Assembly: GCA_013265495.1 (NCBI GenBank)
Contig: MU058714.1
Coordinates: 1-64,000, forward strand
Length of the DNA stretch: 64,000 bases
Source of the DNA: Vicugna vicugna
Taxonomy: Eukaryota
Reading direction: 5' to 3'
The translations under genes and the position numbers were made by a program. Shown in pieces: positions 38,946-49,590 of this stretch. The notes beneath the pieces were generated by a model. That model did no database searches and was not told the origin of the DNA. It worked only from the letters and a program-made list of their open reading frames with translations. The stretch's first letter is position 1. The number at the start of each line of letters is the position of its first letter.

Positions 38946-39829
38946 CTCCGGCGTGATGGACGATTATGGACCATCTGCACTTTCAGAGGCGGATAGATTT
39001 ATGAGCAGGAGAGACAGCTAGAAGAGTGTCCATTACTATAACTCACTGCCCTCTTCAGAGATATTCTACTCAGGCATCCTTTCCTCCTGCGGAAAAGCCC
39101 AGGTTAAGCACTGGCAAGAGGCGAGATCAATTGCATACTTCTGGGGTGGTTCCTTCCCAGAGCAAGGCTGTCAAAGGTGCTGGGGACAAGGGCATCAGGA
39201 GGCCGGGGTGGGGCCGCTGGTGGAGGGAAGTTTGCCTGGCAAAGCAGCTTCCCCCTCGCCGTTCCCACTGCTCCCCGTTTCACCTGGGCTCCAGATTTCC
39301 TGCAACTGGTGTTGAGAGGATGGAGGAGGCCAGCACGTCTCTCCCTTCTCAGCCCTGCTCTGACCTAGTTGAGATTTACTGGCAACCAGGAGCCACGCAG
39401 AGGGATGCAGCCTGGCTGGCTATGCAGCTCGGTATCCCTGTGCACAGGGAGAAGGAAAGGGTGCCTCGGTGGAAGGCTCCCCATACAGTGATTCACAGTA
39501 GTCTCATTCCTCTTTTACAGGCGAGAGGACTGCAGCCCATGGAGATGTGCAACAGGTCAGGGTTCCAGCCTGGGTACATCCGACCCTCTCTAGCTTGCTG
39601 CCCGAGGTCCAGAGGGCAACACAGAGATGCACGAGGAACGTCTCCCTGCGGGGCGGCTGGCCCTCTGCCCCCTCCTCTGCTACCCCTGCAGCAGGGTGGC
39701 CCCCGACACTTCTCCAGTGGGCCCCCACTCTCTCACATGGCCCTGCAGTGGGGAAGTGAACGAGGAACCCCCAGACTCTGGCCCCTTGGGCCCCAGCTCC
39801 CAAGAAAAGGCCCCTGCACACAGCATCCC

Positions 39830-40048
39830 CCCATTTCTACAGCATTTCAGAGTGCATAGAGCATGTTTACACTTATATAATCTGACCACAGCCTACTGTA
39901 ATAGAAAAACAGGCATTTTAATCCCCATTTTAAAGATGAGGCAGGTAAGGCCCAGAGAGGTGAACTGGCTTTCTCGAGGCCACACAGCTAACCAGCACTC
40001 AAGCCAGAGTCAAGCCCTCATCTCCTGGCTCTGTGTCCAGGGCCTGTC
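39830..40048 (-). mobile_element. MIR SINE, near full length
   Basis: atccccattttaaagatgagg...ggcccagagaggtgaactggctt...aggccacacagcta. Confidence 0.85.
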
Positions 40049-40569
40049 TGGCCTCTCTCCCTGCCTTCCCAGGAGGCCGCTCTTGAGAATTTCCCTCCAC
40101 GGGGACCTGCCCTCTGCCAGGCTCTGCCTCTGTAATTCCTCATCTCTCACTGATCCCACACGCTTTGGGGAAGGTTAAGACACCCAGCTCACTGGCAGAG
40201 CCCTGGAGAACTCCTCCGGGGTTCAGGCTCTGAGACGCTAACCAAAGGCCCTGCCTACGTATCAGGAAGTGTCCCTCCTCCTGCCTGGATCCGGCCGCAC
40301 TGCAGGGGGTCAGGTCAGGGGCCCGTGCGAGGATGCCCGGTCAGCGGTACAACCGGCTGCCAAGTGCTCCGGAGTCAGGTCTTAACTGGGACACGCTCAG
40401 GCTGCAGCTGAGAACAGCAGAAGCCCAGCTTGTTCTTTTGTTGCTTTTATTTATTTTTATTTATCTTTTTTTTCTCAACTACAATTCTACCTGCCTCACT
40501 TGGAGAGCTCACCTGCGGCCTTTCCACCTGGAAAAAGACCTTCAGTTCTTGCCAAGCGCCCTGCGTCTC

Positions 40570-40790
40570 AGTCACTCATTGACTCCATCACTCACTCAAC
40601 GTGCAGACATTGAGGCCAGGACCCTACCTCACACTGGGCGGTCAGGAGAAGCATTTCGCAGGAGCTGGGTCTTAGAGGGCATGGAAGGTAGTCGGGTGAG
40701 GAAGGAGGGTGGAAGGCCTCTGTCGTGGGACACAGACGTGGGCAGGAAGTGCAGCGTGCCATCCAGGTGTGGGGACCAGACAGAGGATGG
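40570..40790 (-). mobile_element. L2 3' fragment
   Basis: cactcattgactccatcactcactcaac tail; gagctgggtcttagagg.atgg. Confidence 0.55.
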
Positions 40791-40968
40791 GGGCACCACA
40801 GAAAGTGAGGTTGCACTGCTGAGCAGGGTGAGCACCCCCCCCTTTTTTTTAAAAAATAAAACCTTCCTGTAGGCCTCCCACCCTGCACAGTTGGCTGCTC
40901 TCTGCTGAGCCCTCAGGGCACAGGGTTGCCCCTGTGCAGGCCACCCGGTCCACCACAGTTGGTCTGAC

Positions 40969-41153
40969 CACCGTGTCCAGTAGATGGTACCATCATGGAG
41001 ATGCTCTGTGGCTCAGCCTTCTGGCTTCACAGGCACTAGCATGTATGGTTTTTGAGCACTCGCAAGGTGGCCAGTGTGCCTGAGGACCTGAAATTTTAAC
41101 TGTTTCATTTTAATTCATTTAAGTTTAAGTGGCCACTGTGTTAAACAGTGCGG
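40969..41153 (+). mobile_element. MER3 (hAT-Charlie) DNA transposon
   Basis: tgtccagtaga...ttgagcact.gca.gtggccagtgtg.ctgagga.ctgaa...ttttaattcatttaa...acagtgcgg. Confidence 0.85.
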
Positions 41154-43549
41154 CTCTGGAGGGTGGGCTGCCCAGAAGGCCTCAGGGTCTGGTGCTGCCT
41201 GACCTCCCACCCCCACCCCCGCCAGGTGCTGGCAGACGGCAGGCGTGGCCAAGACCCTGTTGTTCTAAAGCCTGGGCTGTGGGAGGGGGTGAATCTCTCT
41301 CCAGCCTGAGACATTTTGCTTCACCTGTGAAAACAGCATGCACTTGATGGATGACCAGTGCCTGCACTTTGGGAAATTAAATTCTTGGCTTGGACCGAGC
41401 AGCCTGGGGATAACCATAGCTGCTCAGGGCCAGGGCCAGGGCACCAGGGCACTGGGCAGCAGAGGGTTTAGGATCCCAGCCCTGGAGGTCACCACATGAG
41501 GGTGAGGGGTGGATGGGGGCAGGGCAAGGCCGCAGCCAGCTGCATCAGCAGGCAGCCCAGGCGATGGCTGGGGCAGAGCCGAGAAGAAGTCAAGAACATA
41601 GGCACAGGAAGGAGTCATACCGCGGGGAGGGATGGTCCCCACGCCCACCCATCCTAGCCCAGACCCCAGCCTCTGGGGCACTGTCACTGCAGGAAAGGGT
41701 CTCTCCAGGGCACGTTCACATCAGCTCTGGCCTTCCCACCCCGCTCCCCTGCTCCCCCTGCCTCAGACACAGGAGAACTTATGGGCCCCTGTTATTTCCA
41801 GCCCAGCTCTGCTCTCCGTGGAAACCGATTCCCTCCTGCTTCATTATTATTATTATTCTCTTCATTAACGCTTGATAGTATGCAGCGGTCACCATGGCCG
41901 TCCCGGGGACTTCTGCAAAGGGCCATTTCCCCAAACCCTCCCTCCACCCGTCCAAGCTCCTGCAGGTGATCCTGTCCTCCTGTGCTGGGGGTGGGGGTGT
42001 TGGGGGGCAGGGGTGGAAGCAACAAGAGTGCCTCATCCTTTGTGCCTTTTCTCACACAGTAAAAATGACTGCCGACGATATTATACGGTCGCGCCATAAA
42101 CTCAGATCACCTCTGAGAACCTCCTTCGCTACGACTCCCACTATATAACCCAGCAGCTACTCCAGACCGGGCGTGCCCGTCCTCTCCTCCTTCTCCCTGC
42201 AAGGAGGCTTGCAGACCCCCTGGGGGCTCTAAAGAGCAGCCTCTGGTCCCTGCCTCTCACTCACAAAGCTGGAGGCCACCCTGGCCTGACGGCCGTCCCC
42301 TGGATGCACCTTCGGGACACGCGGAGAATCCGAACGAACACTCGATGCTCCTGCCCGCTTTTGCTCTAGAGGACCTGAAATTTTAACTGTCGCCCCTGTT
42401 CGTCCCAGAGAGCTGCATCTTCGTCCTGCCACCCCTGCTCCTCTTCCCCGGGTCCCCGTTTAAAGAAGCGGCAGGTGTGTTACCAGCATCTCTGCTCACA
42501 CCCCTAAGTCAGAGCCAGAAGACCTCGCCCACCACACCTCGCCCAGCTAGCACAGCCCAGGAGTCTGTGGGCCCCTAACTCTCCTCTCCATTTGCAGCCA
42601 AGGAGTTGGGTTGCCCTGGAAATTGGGCCATCAGATGAACCCCAGAAACTCTGTGTCTGTGTGCCTGTGTGTTCACATGTATATGTGATCACACGTGTGC
42701 TTTCACTGTTCCTCTACCTGAGGTCAAGTCCACCGTGGGCTGCACCAGCGCCTTCTCTTTCTCCCATCTCCCCTTCCTGCCCCCAGTACCCAGTAGAGGG
42801 GCCAGGTGGTTGACCCTCATTTAGGCAAAAATAAAGAGTTTGTGTCCAGTTGGTTTTGCTGCTGGGCTGGGGTTTCACCCTTTGTCCTGGATGGTTCTGG
42901 AACTGCCCTAAGGCCACCTGGAAGTCCCCCTGGCTCTGCCCGGTTTCCCCCAGCACAGACCCCCACTGTCGCTACCAAAACCCCCTCTGCGGGCACAGAG
43001 ACGCCACCTGCGTGGTCTCCGTTGAACCGCCTAGAACCCTGGGCCATTCCCGTAGAGTCCGTACATGGACGGGGGGTGATTCGGGGGCGCTCCGGCTGGA
43101 CGCCTTTCCCCACCCCTCACGGGTGGGGTTCCCAGGCTGGAAGGAGGGGCTAGGAGTTGCTGCTTCTGTTTCTCCAGTTTCCTGACCCGCAGACAGGGAA
43201 AACCCAGCCTGTGGCGAGCTGGGCACCGTGCAGGCTCCGGGTCACGAAGCTGGTGGTGGGCTACGCCTGGGGGTGCTCCTGGGGCCTGGAGGTCCTGTGC
43301 GGCCCCCTGCCCTGCAGCCCCTGTCTGAGCCCCTGCCTCACAGCGCCGACTGCCGGGACAGTCACTGCCACTCTGTCCTGTTCTCAGCCATGCTCTCTCT
43401 CAGGTCCCTGCATTATTTCACCCTAAGTGTTTGGGTTTGGGGCTTTTTTCTTTTTTAATGAATGTGTCTTGTCTCATTAACTAACCTGTCTACTTGGACT
43501 CTTTTTTAAGAAACTTTAAAAGAAAATGTTTTTAAAGCTTCCATTTGTA

Positions 43550-43870
43550 GCCCCCAGGCCCTAAGCCTCTATTTCCAAACATCTACTGGGCATGTCCCCC
43601 CGATACTTCCTGTCCCCCATCCCAGGGGTCCCAGCTCATCATGAGCAAAAAGCAAGAGCTGCGTGCAGGGTCCTTGTCTCTGTCAACCACGTGCTGCTGG
43701 GCCCTGGGGGCTCCCCCCCGCCCCCCACCACCCCGGTTCAGCCTCCAAGTCTTTCCTTTGCATTTCCACTTTGCTCTTCAATGCCACCGCCCTCCTCACG
43801 GTTGGACCCTGGTCCCCACAGTGGCCCTGCCTCTGCCCACGCCATTCTGTCCCCATCACCCCACGTCAGT
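43550..43870 (+). mobile_element. L2 fragment, diverged
   Basis: tatttccaaacatctactgggcatgtcc plus pyrimidine-rich L2-like text. Confidence 0.5.
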
Positions 43871-44921
43871 GAGCTCTCCCACCCCAGAGCCTGGAGGGCG
43901 TCAGCACTCTGAGTCAGAGGGTGGGCTCTGAGGCCCAGCCCCGTAGCCCCGTCCGCGCACGCAGACAGCACACGGTCCCCGCCCTCCCGCGGCCTGGGCT
44001 TCCACCGGGCACCCGCTCAGCTTACAGCGGGTCATTTGCACAAACTGCAGATTCCCGGACTCCAAAGAGACTGGAAGCTCCCAGAAGACAGACTTTCCGA
44101 ACCGAGCTCGTGCTGCTGCCCGCCCCGCCGCCCCGCCGCCCCCTGGTCTATGGGCTGGAGGTCCTTCGTGGGTGTTGCAGGGCGATCACAGAATCCCAGT
44201 CCACTCTGACTGTAGCACCTCATGCCATGGAGAGGGGGAAGGCCAGACGACGGTGTGAGAGTCCCAAGGGCTCCTGGGCCACTCGTCCCCAGCCTGGCCT
44301 GGTCCCCTCAGCAGTGACATCCACCCTGTGGCTGACAGTCACTCCCTGCTGTCTGGGACTATTGTGTTTTAAGCTCTGACTCAGGTCTGAGCAATCCTGT
44401 GCCTGGACAGGCCTCATGAGATGCCCCCACTCACAGGCAGCTCCGGGAGCAGGCCCAGGGCCTCTGGGCAAGGCAGCCTGACCCCGGCCCTAGAGGGCGA
44501 AGGAGTGGACAGTCCCCCAAAGCCTGGAGCAGGCGAGAACCAGCATCCTCCGCGGCCCGTCCTCACCACCCTCGGCCAACCCCCCGGGCCACCTCCTCAT
44601 CCTGGTCTGCTGCCACCTGGGTTTGAATTCTGTCTCCAAATTGGAAACGGCTCCAGCCAGATTCAGGACTGGAACTGGAGTCCTAGGAGGTGAAGGAGCC
44701 ATTTGTAGCTCTTTTATTTTTTTATGCTGCTGAGCAAAGCAGGGATCAGGCTGAGCGCAGCTGTCGGGAGGCGTTCTGTGATAAATCAATACAAAGCCCG
44801 GGGTCGGGAGAAGAGGGAGTGAACAGGGGCCCAGGGTGCTGGGCAGGAAGGCCGGGTACAGGCCTGACGCCAGCACCTGAGTCTGCAGGTTAAACTGAGG
44901 AGGGGGCCTGGGGGAAGGTGT

Positions 44922-45085
44922 GGGGGAGGGGAGAGACAGAGAGAGAGAGACAGAGAGAGACAGAGAGGCAGAGCAGAGAGAGGGGCAGAGGGAGAGACAG
45001 AAAGGGAGGAAAACGGGGGAGAAGAGGACAGAAAGAGGGACAAGGGTACAGAAAGAGACAAGACAGGGACAGAGAGAGGAGGGAG
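44922..45085 (+). repeat. Purine-rich low-complexity tract, (GAGACA)n-like
   Basis: Seen directly. Confidence 0.9.
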
Positions 45086-45859
45086 CTGCAAACCCCGTAG
45101 CGCAGGGAGATGGCCTCAGAGGTCCCATCAGGATACGGCTGAGCACCCACAGCCTCAGCGCGGGCAGGGCCATCATCAAAGAGTTGGAAGAATGTTTTCT
45201 CTTCTCCCAAAGTCTCTCCATTTTTTAAGAAGTTGCCACCCCGGCTCTCCTCATCGCGAAGCCCATGCTGGCCTCCCAGGTTCTGCGAGCTGTAAACGTT
45301 TCACTTTCTTTTGTTCCAGAGACACAGAACTGTTTAATTCTCATCCCTTAAATCAATACCTGATGTCATGTCATCCAAAGCCATTATTTTTACACCAGAG
45401 GAAAAAAAAGGAGACTGATACAGTCGAAAGAAGAGAGACAGGAGACAAAAACAGTGCTCGGGGGCTGTAGGCAGAAGTCCTGCTCAGAACCACCCAACCT
45501 TAGCATCACCCAGCTGGCTCGGGGGCAAAGCGCCTGGTGGGGGGAGGCAGGATGGAAAGAGGAAAGGTCCCTGGGGAAAAACGTGACATGACCCCGGAAG
45601 GGTCTGTCTGAGAGCAAATGGCTTCTCCCCAAAGACCACAGCGGACCGTCAGCCCTCAGGGACGAGAGTTCTCCCAGGCCAAGCCTCCACCCCTCCCCTG
45701 ACCCTCTCTCCCGTCTCCCCATCCTCTCGCCCTCCCTGGCCTTTGGGCGCGCTTAGCCCCCACGTCCTCGGAGGCATCCTTTCTAAGACCTCCCCTCCTT
45801 CACTGCCCACAGATGTCTCCTCTCTCTCCAACCTCCACGCCACCCCTCCTACAAACAGA

Positions 45860-46110
45860 AATCCTGCCCCTGCCCTCTTTTGAAACTTCCTGCGTCCTGA
45901 TTGCCAGCCACCTCCTCATTGCCACACCCGGCGACCACCTCCAGTCCTGCCCCGTCTCTCTTCTGTCACCTTCCACCAGTCGTCCCTCAGCCCTTGAAAT
46001 GGTCTCTCCCATCATCTTGTCCTGTTTCTTGCCATCTCCCCTCTCCTGGGTGGTCTTATCCTTTCCCTGACTTCCTAAATCACAGCCTTTATCCCGGACC
46101 CTCTCCTGTC
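45860..46110 (+). mobile_element. L2 internal (RT-derived) fragment
   Basis: gaaact...cacctcctcattgccacaccc...cagtcct...cccttgaaa...ctctcctgg. Confidence 0.65.
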
Positions 46111-46578
46111 TCTGGAGGCTGGTGGTGTCAGTTGCCCTGGAGACATTCCCGAGGCGACCTCATCAGCACCCGATCCTCCCCCTGCGTCACTGTCCCAGCA
46201 GTGGCGTCACCACCCTCCACGGCATCCAGACCACAAGCTCCACCCTCTTTAACCTCCACCTTCTCCCTCCCTCCTCATGCTCAGTGGGTCCCCCATGACC
46301 GTCGGAGCCTCCACCTCTCCAGGCTCCCCCTGACTCCATCGGGCATCTTCACTGCTTCTGGCAGCGTGCCTGGCGTCTTGCAAGAGCATCATCAGTGGTG
46401 AGAGCCTGCACCACAGCCTGAACATCTTTGGTGCCTCCCCTCTACAGACAGATGGGCCTCTCAACCTTTGGGGGACCCTTAAGACACCTCTCCCCAGAAA
46501 AAGGCACATGTGTACACAGACACTAAATTTTGCAACCGTTTCAGGAGGCTCTCAGATCAGCCCATCTGTGGATCCCTC

Positions 46579-46785
46579 GGTTTAAGAGCCCAGGCCTGCA
46601 GGACTATGAGCTCTCCGGGCGGCTTCGAGGACCATCACAGTCTGGCCCCGACACATCTTCCCAGGCTCAGTTTCCTCATGTGCAAAGTGGGGGCAATAAC
46701 AGATCTACCTCAGAGGGTGTCTGTGTGCTTAGAGACGCATGTGCGTGAACCACGTAGAGCTGTGCCCCACCGAGGGCACGTGTCT
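46579..46785 (+). mobile_element. MIR SINE
   Basis: ttaagagcccagg...ctcagtttcctcatgtgcaaagtgggggcaataaca..tctacctcagagggt. Confidence 0.85.
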
Positions 46786-46829
46786 TGTTCCTGACCAGTC
46801 ACGCCAACCCTCCCTACACAGACACATTA

Positions 46830-47175
46830 GCGTTCCTCAGTGGGCAGGGCTCCTTTGACCCAGTGAACTGGGATGTTCCATCCCATGTGCCTAGAATATT
46901 CTCTGCTGGAGAACTCCCACTTGTCCTCCAAACCCAGCTCAGATGTCACCTCCTCTCTGATGCCTCCAAGGCTGTCCGCCGGCCCCTCCTCAAGGCTCCC
47001 AGAATGACTGATGCCAAACTGTGTCTGCTCTGTGCCCCAGAGCCACACTGGAGGGCTGTGTGCAGTAGGCTGGGCTCTGAGAGGATGGGGCGGGCTGCGT
47101 CCTGGTCCTCATCCCCCTGGTGCACAGGGACCAGCACAGGCAGGCGTTCAGGACGTGTGTGCTGCACTCATGAGC
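46830..47175 (+). mobile_element. L2 3' end
   Basis: aactcccacttgtcctccaaacccagctcagatgtcacctcctct...gcacagggaccagcacaggcaggcgttca. Confidence 0.75.
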
Positions 47176-47284
47176 AGAGCACACGGAGACCCCTGTTTGC
47201 GACCAGGGGAGGTGCTTGGACAGAATCTGAACTCTGCGTGTGGCTTCTCTTTCACCCCGGTGGGGGCCCAGCTGTAAACTGCCT

Positions 47285-47331
47285 TGTGTGTGTGTGTGTG
47301 TGTGTGTGTGTGCACGCATGTGTGTGCGTGT
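47285..47331 (+). repeat. (TG)14 extended to a 47-bp alternating purine-pyrimidine tract
   Basis: Seen directly. Confidence 0.95.
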
Positions 47332-47402
47332 TCATCTATGCATGTGCGTCTGTGTGTTCAGTTGCACAGATTATTACTTCAAGCCCTGGACCAACCACTG
47401 AA

Positions 47403-47505
47403 CTTGTATGATCTCAACTGACCCTCAGTCCAACCCCATCAGCAGACTCTGTCACCATCACCTTTGTCTCACAGTGGAGGAGACTGAGGCTCTGAGAGAT
47501 TAACC
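47403..47505 (-). mobile_element. MIR fragment
   Basis: cacagtggaggagactgaggctctgagagattaa. Confidence 0.7.
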
Positions 47506-48832
47506 TCCACCCCGTCTCCCGTCTCCGACGTCAGACGCCCCTGCACTGTCCGCAGTCGCGGGCCCCAGTCTGCGCTCCTAGGCAAGGCGCCCCCGCCCCT
47601 GCCCCAGGGCTGGCTTCCCGCTCTGGTGTCACCTCCAGGGACGCCAAGGACTGCGTGTGCTGTTCTCCCGACGCCCCTCGCCTGCGCCCGTGCTCACAGG
47701 CCCCGCGGTCCCCCGGGACCTCCTTCCTTCCAGTACTTGCTCCGTCCGCTCTTCCTCCAAGTCTCAGATCCCACAAGCCTTCCCCAAGCACCAAAGACCA
47801 GGGCAACCTCGCTCCCCCGAGCCCCACGCAGCATGTATCCAGGACTCAGACTTCCTGTCCAGCACTGAGGTCCTCCAGAAACCCTGCCCTGGTTCTTCTC
47901 ATACTATCCAATCGGTTCTTACAGAAAAGACAAGACTTGCTATTTCCGACACCTGCCGATCCACGTGCACCGCGTCATCGCGACACCTCTCTCCTCATCT
48001 CTCATACCTATGTGTGAGTTCAGGCAGTCACCTGCGTTCCTTCACTTTGCCCCCAAATACCTCCCCCTGTTCTTTTAAATCCCAGTTTCTCGGACAGGAC
48101 AACTAAGTTTCCAAAAGCCGATGCCCCCTGCCCAGCAGAAACAGAGCAGTCAGAGCAGGAGGCCTCACATTCAGGTGTCCGGGCTCAGAGGGGCAGAGTC
48201 TCTTCTGTGGACATCAGCCCCCAGCCCCATCCTCTCTCTTCCACGTCTCCTGTCTCCTTCAGCTTCACCTAGAACAGTCTGGTCCTCGGGTGCATCCCAC
48301 ACCTCCACCTCCCAGCCCAGCTCCGCTGGAAACGGGCTCATTCACCAGGACCCCCTCCAAGGGGACAGCTCTGAGCCAGGAACCACACATAATGAGTAAT
48401 GATTCTCCAGGGCTTTTATTGGTGGCTGCTGGCCTTCAGGAGGCAATTAAAAAGGCACAATAAAAAAGCGAGTGGTCCTATTTCAACAGCCCTGACTCCT
48501 AACCGTGCAGGGAACAGCTGCATCATCCCAGCACCTCCTAAGATCAAGCTCAGGGCTAGAACTCCTCTAAGGAGAGACTGTGCTCACTTGGCAAAAACGT
48601 TAGTAATTGCTTGTACAAGTGTCCCTTCAGCATCCTTGGAACCATCGGTATCTCTGGAACCCCTGCTCAGGGCCCAAGTGCAGGATCCCAGACAGCCCCA
48701 CTGAATGGGGCATCTGCACCCTTGCATTTGAACTGCAAGCATGATCTCACACATTCCTGGGTGCACGTGCATGTTCAAGAAAACACACCCATAAATCAGG
48801 TTAAGAAAATGCACTTAATTTACTGTACATAT

Positions 48833-48881
48833 TCTCTCTCTCTCTCTCACACACACACCCACACACGCACACACACACACA
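48833..48881 (+). repeat. (CT)n(CA)n microsatellite
   Basis: Seen directly. Confidence 0.9.
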
Positions 48882-49282
48882 TATTTTTGCTGTAGCCTGC
48901 CTCTGAAAAGCAAAGAAACTGGCCAACGTGTATACCCCCTTGCTAAATTTTCCCACCCCTCTCGTGTGTTGATGGCACGCCCGTCCAGATATTTGGCAAC
49001 AGAGTGGAAGGAAGTGGGGTTTCTTCCTGACCATCCCGGTCACCCCCACAACGACAGCAGCCAGGACTGGATAGGAAGGTGGGTTTTGGAGCTGTCCGCG
49101 GTGCCGCGGTGAGCAGAGCATACTTATCAGACAGGGAGAGTATGGGGAAGCTTCTATTACTGTAGTTTCTGGAAATTCCTCTCCCTCTGTGGAATCTCAG
49201 AGAGGTTGGGCTGAGACGGAGAAGAGTCCCCGTGAACAGCTTTTCCAGGATAGCATTTGGATCCACGCTAGTTCACCTCCCT

Positions 49283-49404
49283 CGAGCCCTGCCCGGGGTT
49301 TCTGAGTCAGTAGCTGGGGTGAGGGTCCGAGAATGTACATTTTTAACAAGTTTTCAGGTGGTTCTGATGCTGCTGGTTGGGGCGCCACAGTGTAAGAAGC
49401 ACCT
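49283..49404. mobile_element. MER5A (hAT-Charlie) partial
   Basis: gtttctgagtcagtag.ctggggtg.gg.ccgagaat.t.cattt.taacaagtt..caggtg.t.ctgatgctgctggt. Confidence 0.85.
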
Positions 49405-49429
49405 GCCCAGGGGGACGCAGCCTACACAC

Positions 49430-49590
49430 AGCCTGGAAGGTGGGGTCTGGGTCCCGGTGTGGCCCTAAGACCGGGTGCCCTCAGACAGTCGCTCAACTAT
49501 CCTCCCCTCTTGAGTCACAGCTTTTTCACGTGTGAAATGAGCAGACTGGGTTGGATGAGTGTGAAGGTCTCCGCAGCCCTGGTGGTCTGC
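49430..49590 (+). mobile_element. MIR3/MIRc-like SINE
   Basis: tgagtcacagctttttcacgtgtgaaatgag...ggatgag.gtgaaggtc.cc.cagccctg. Confidence 0.55.
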
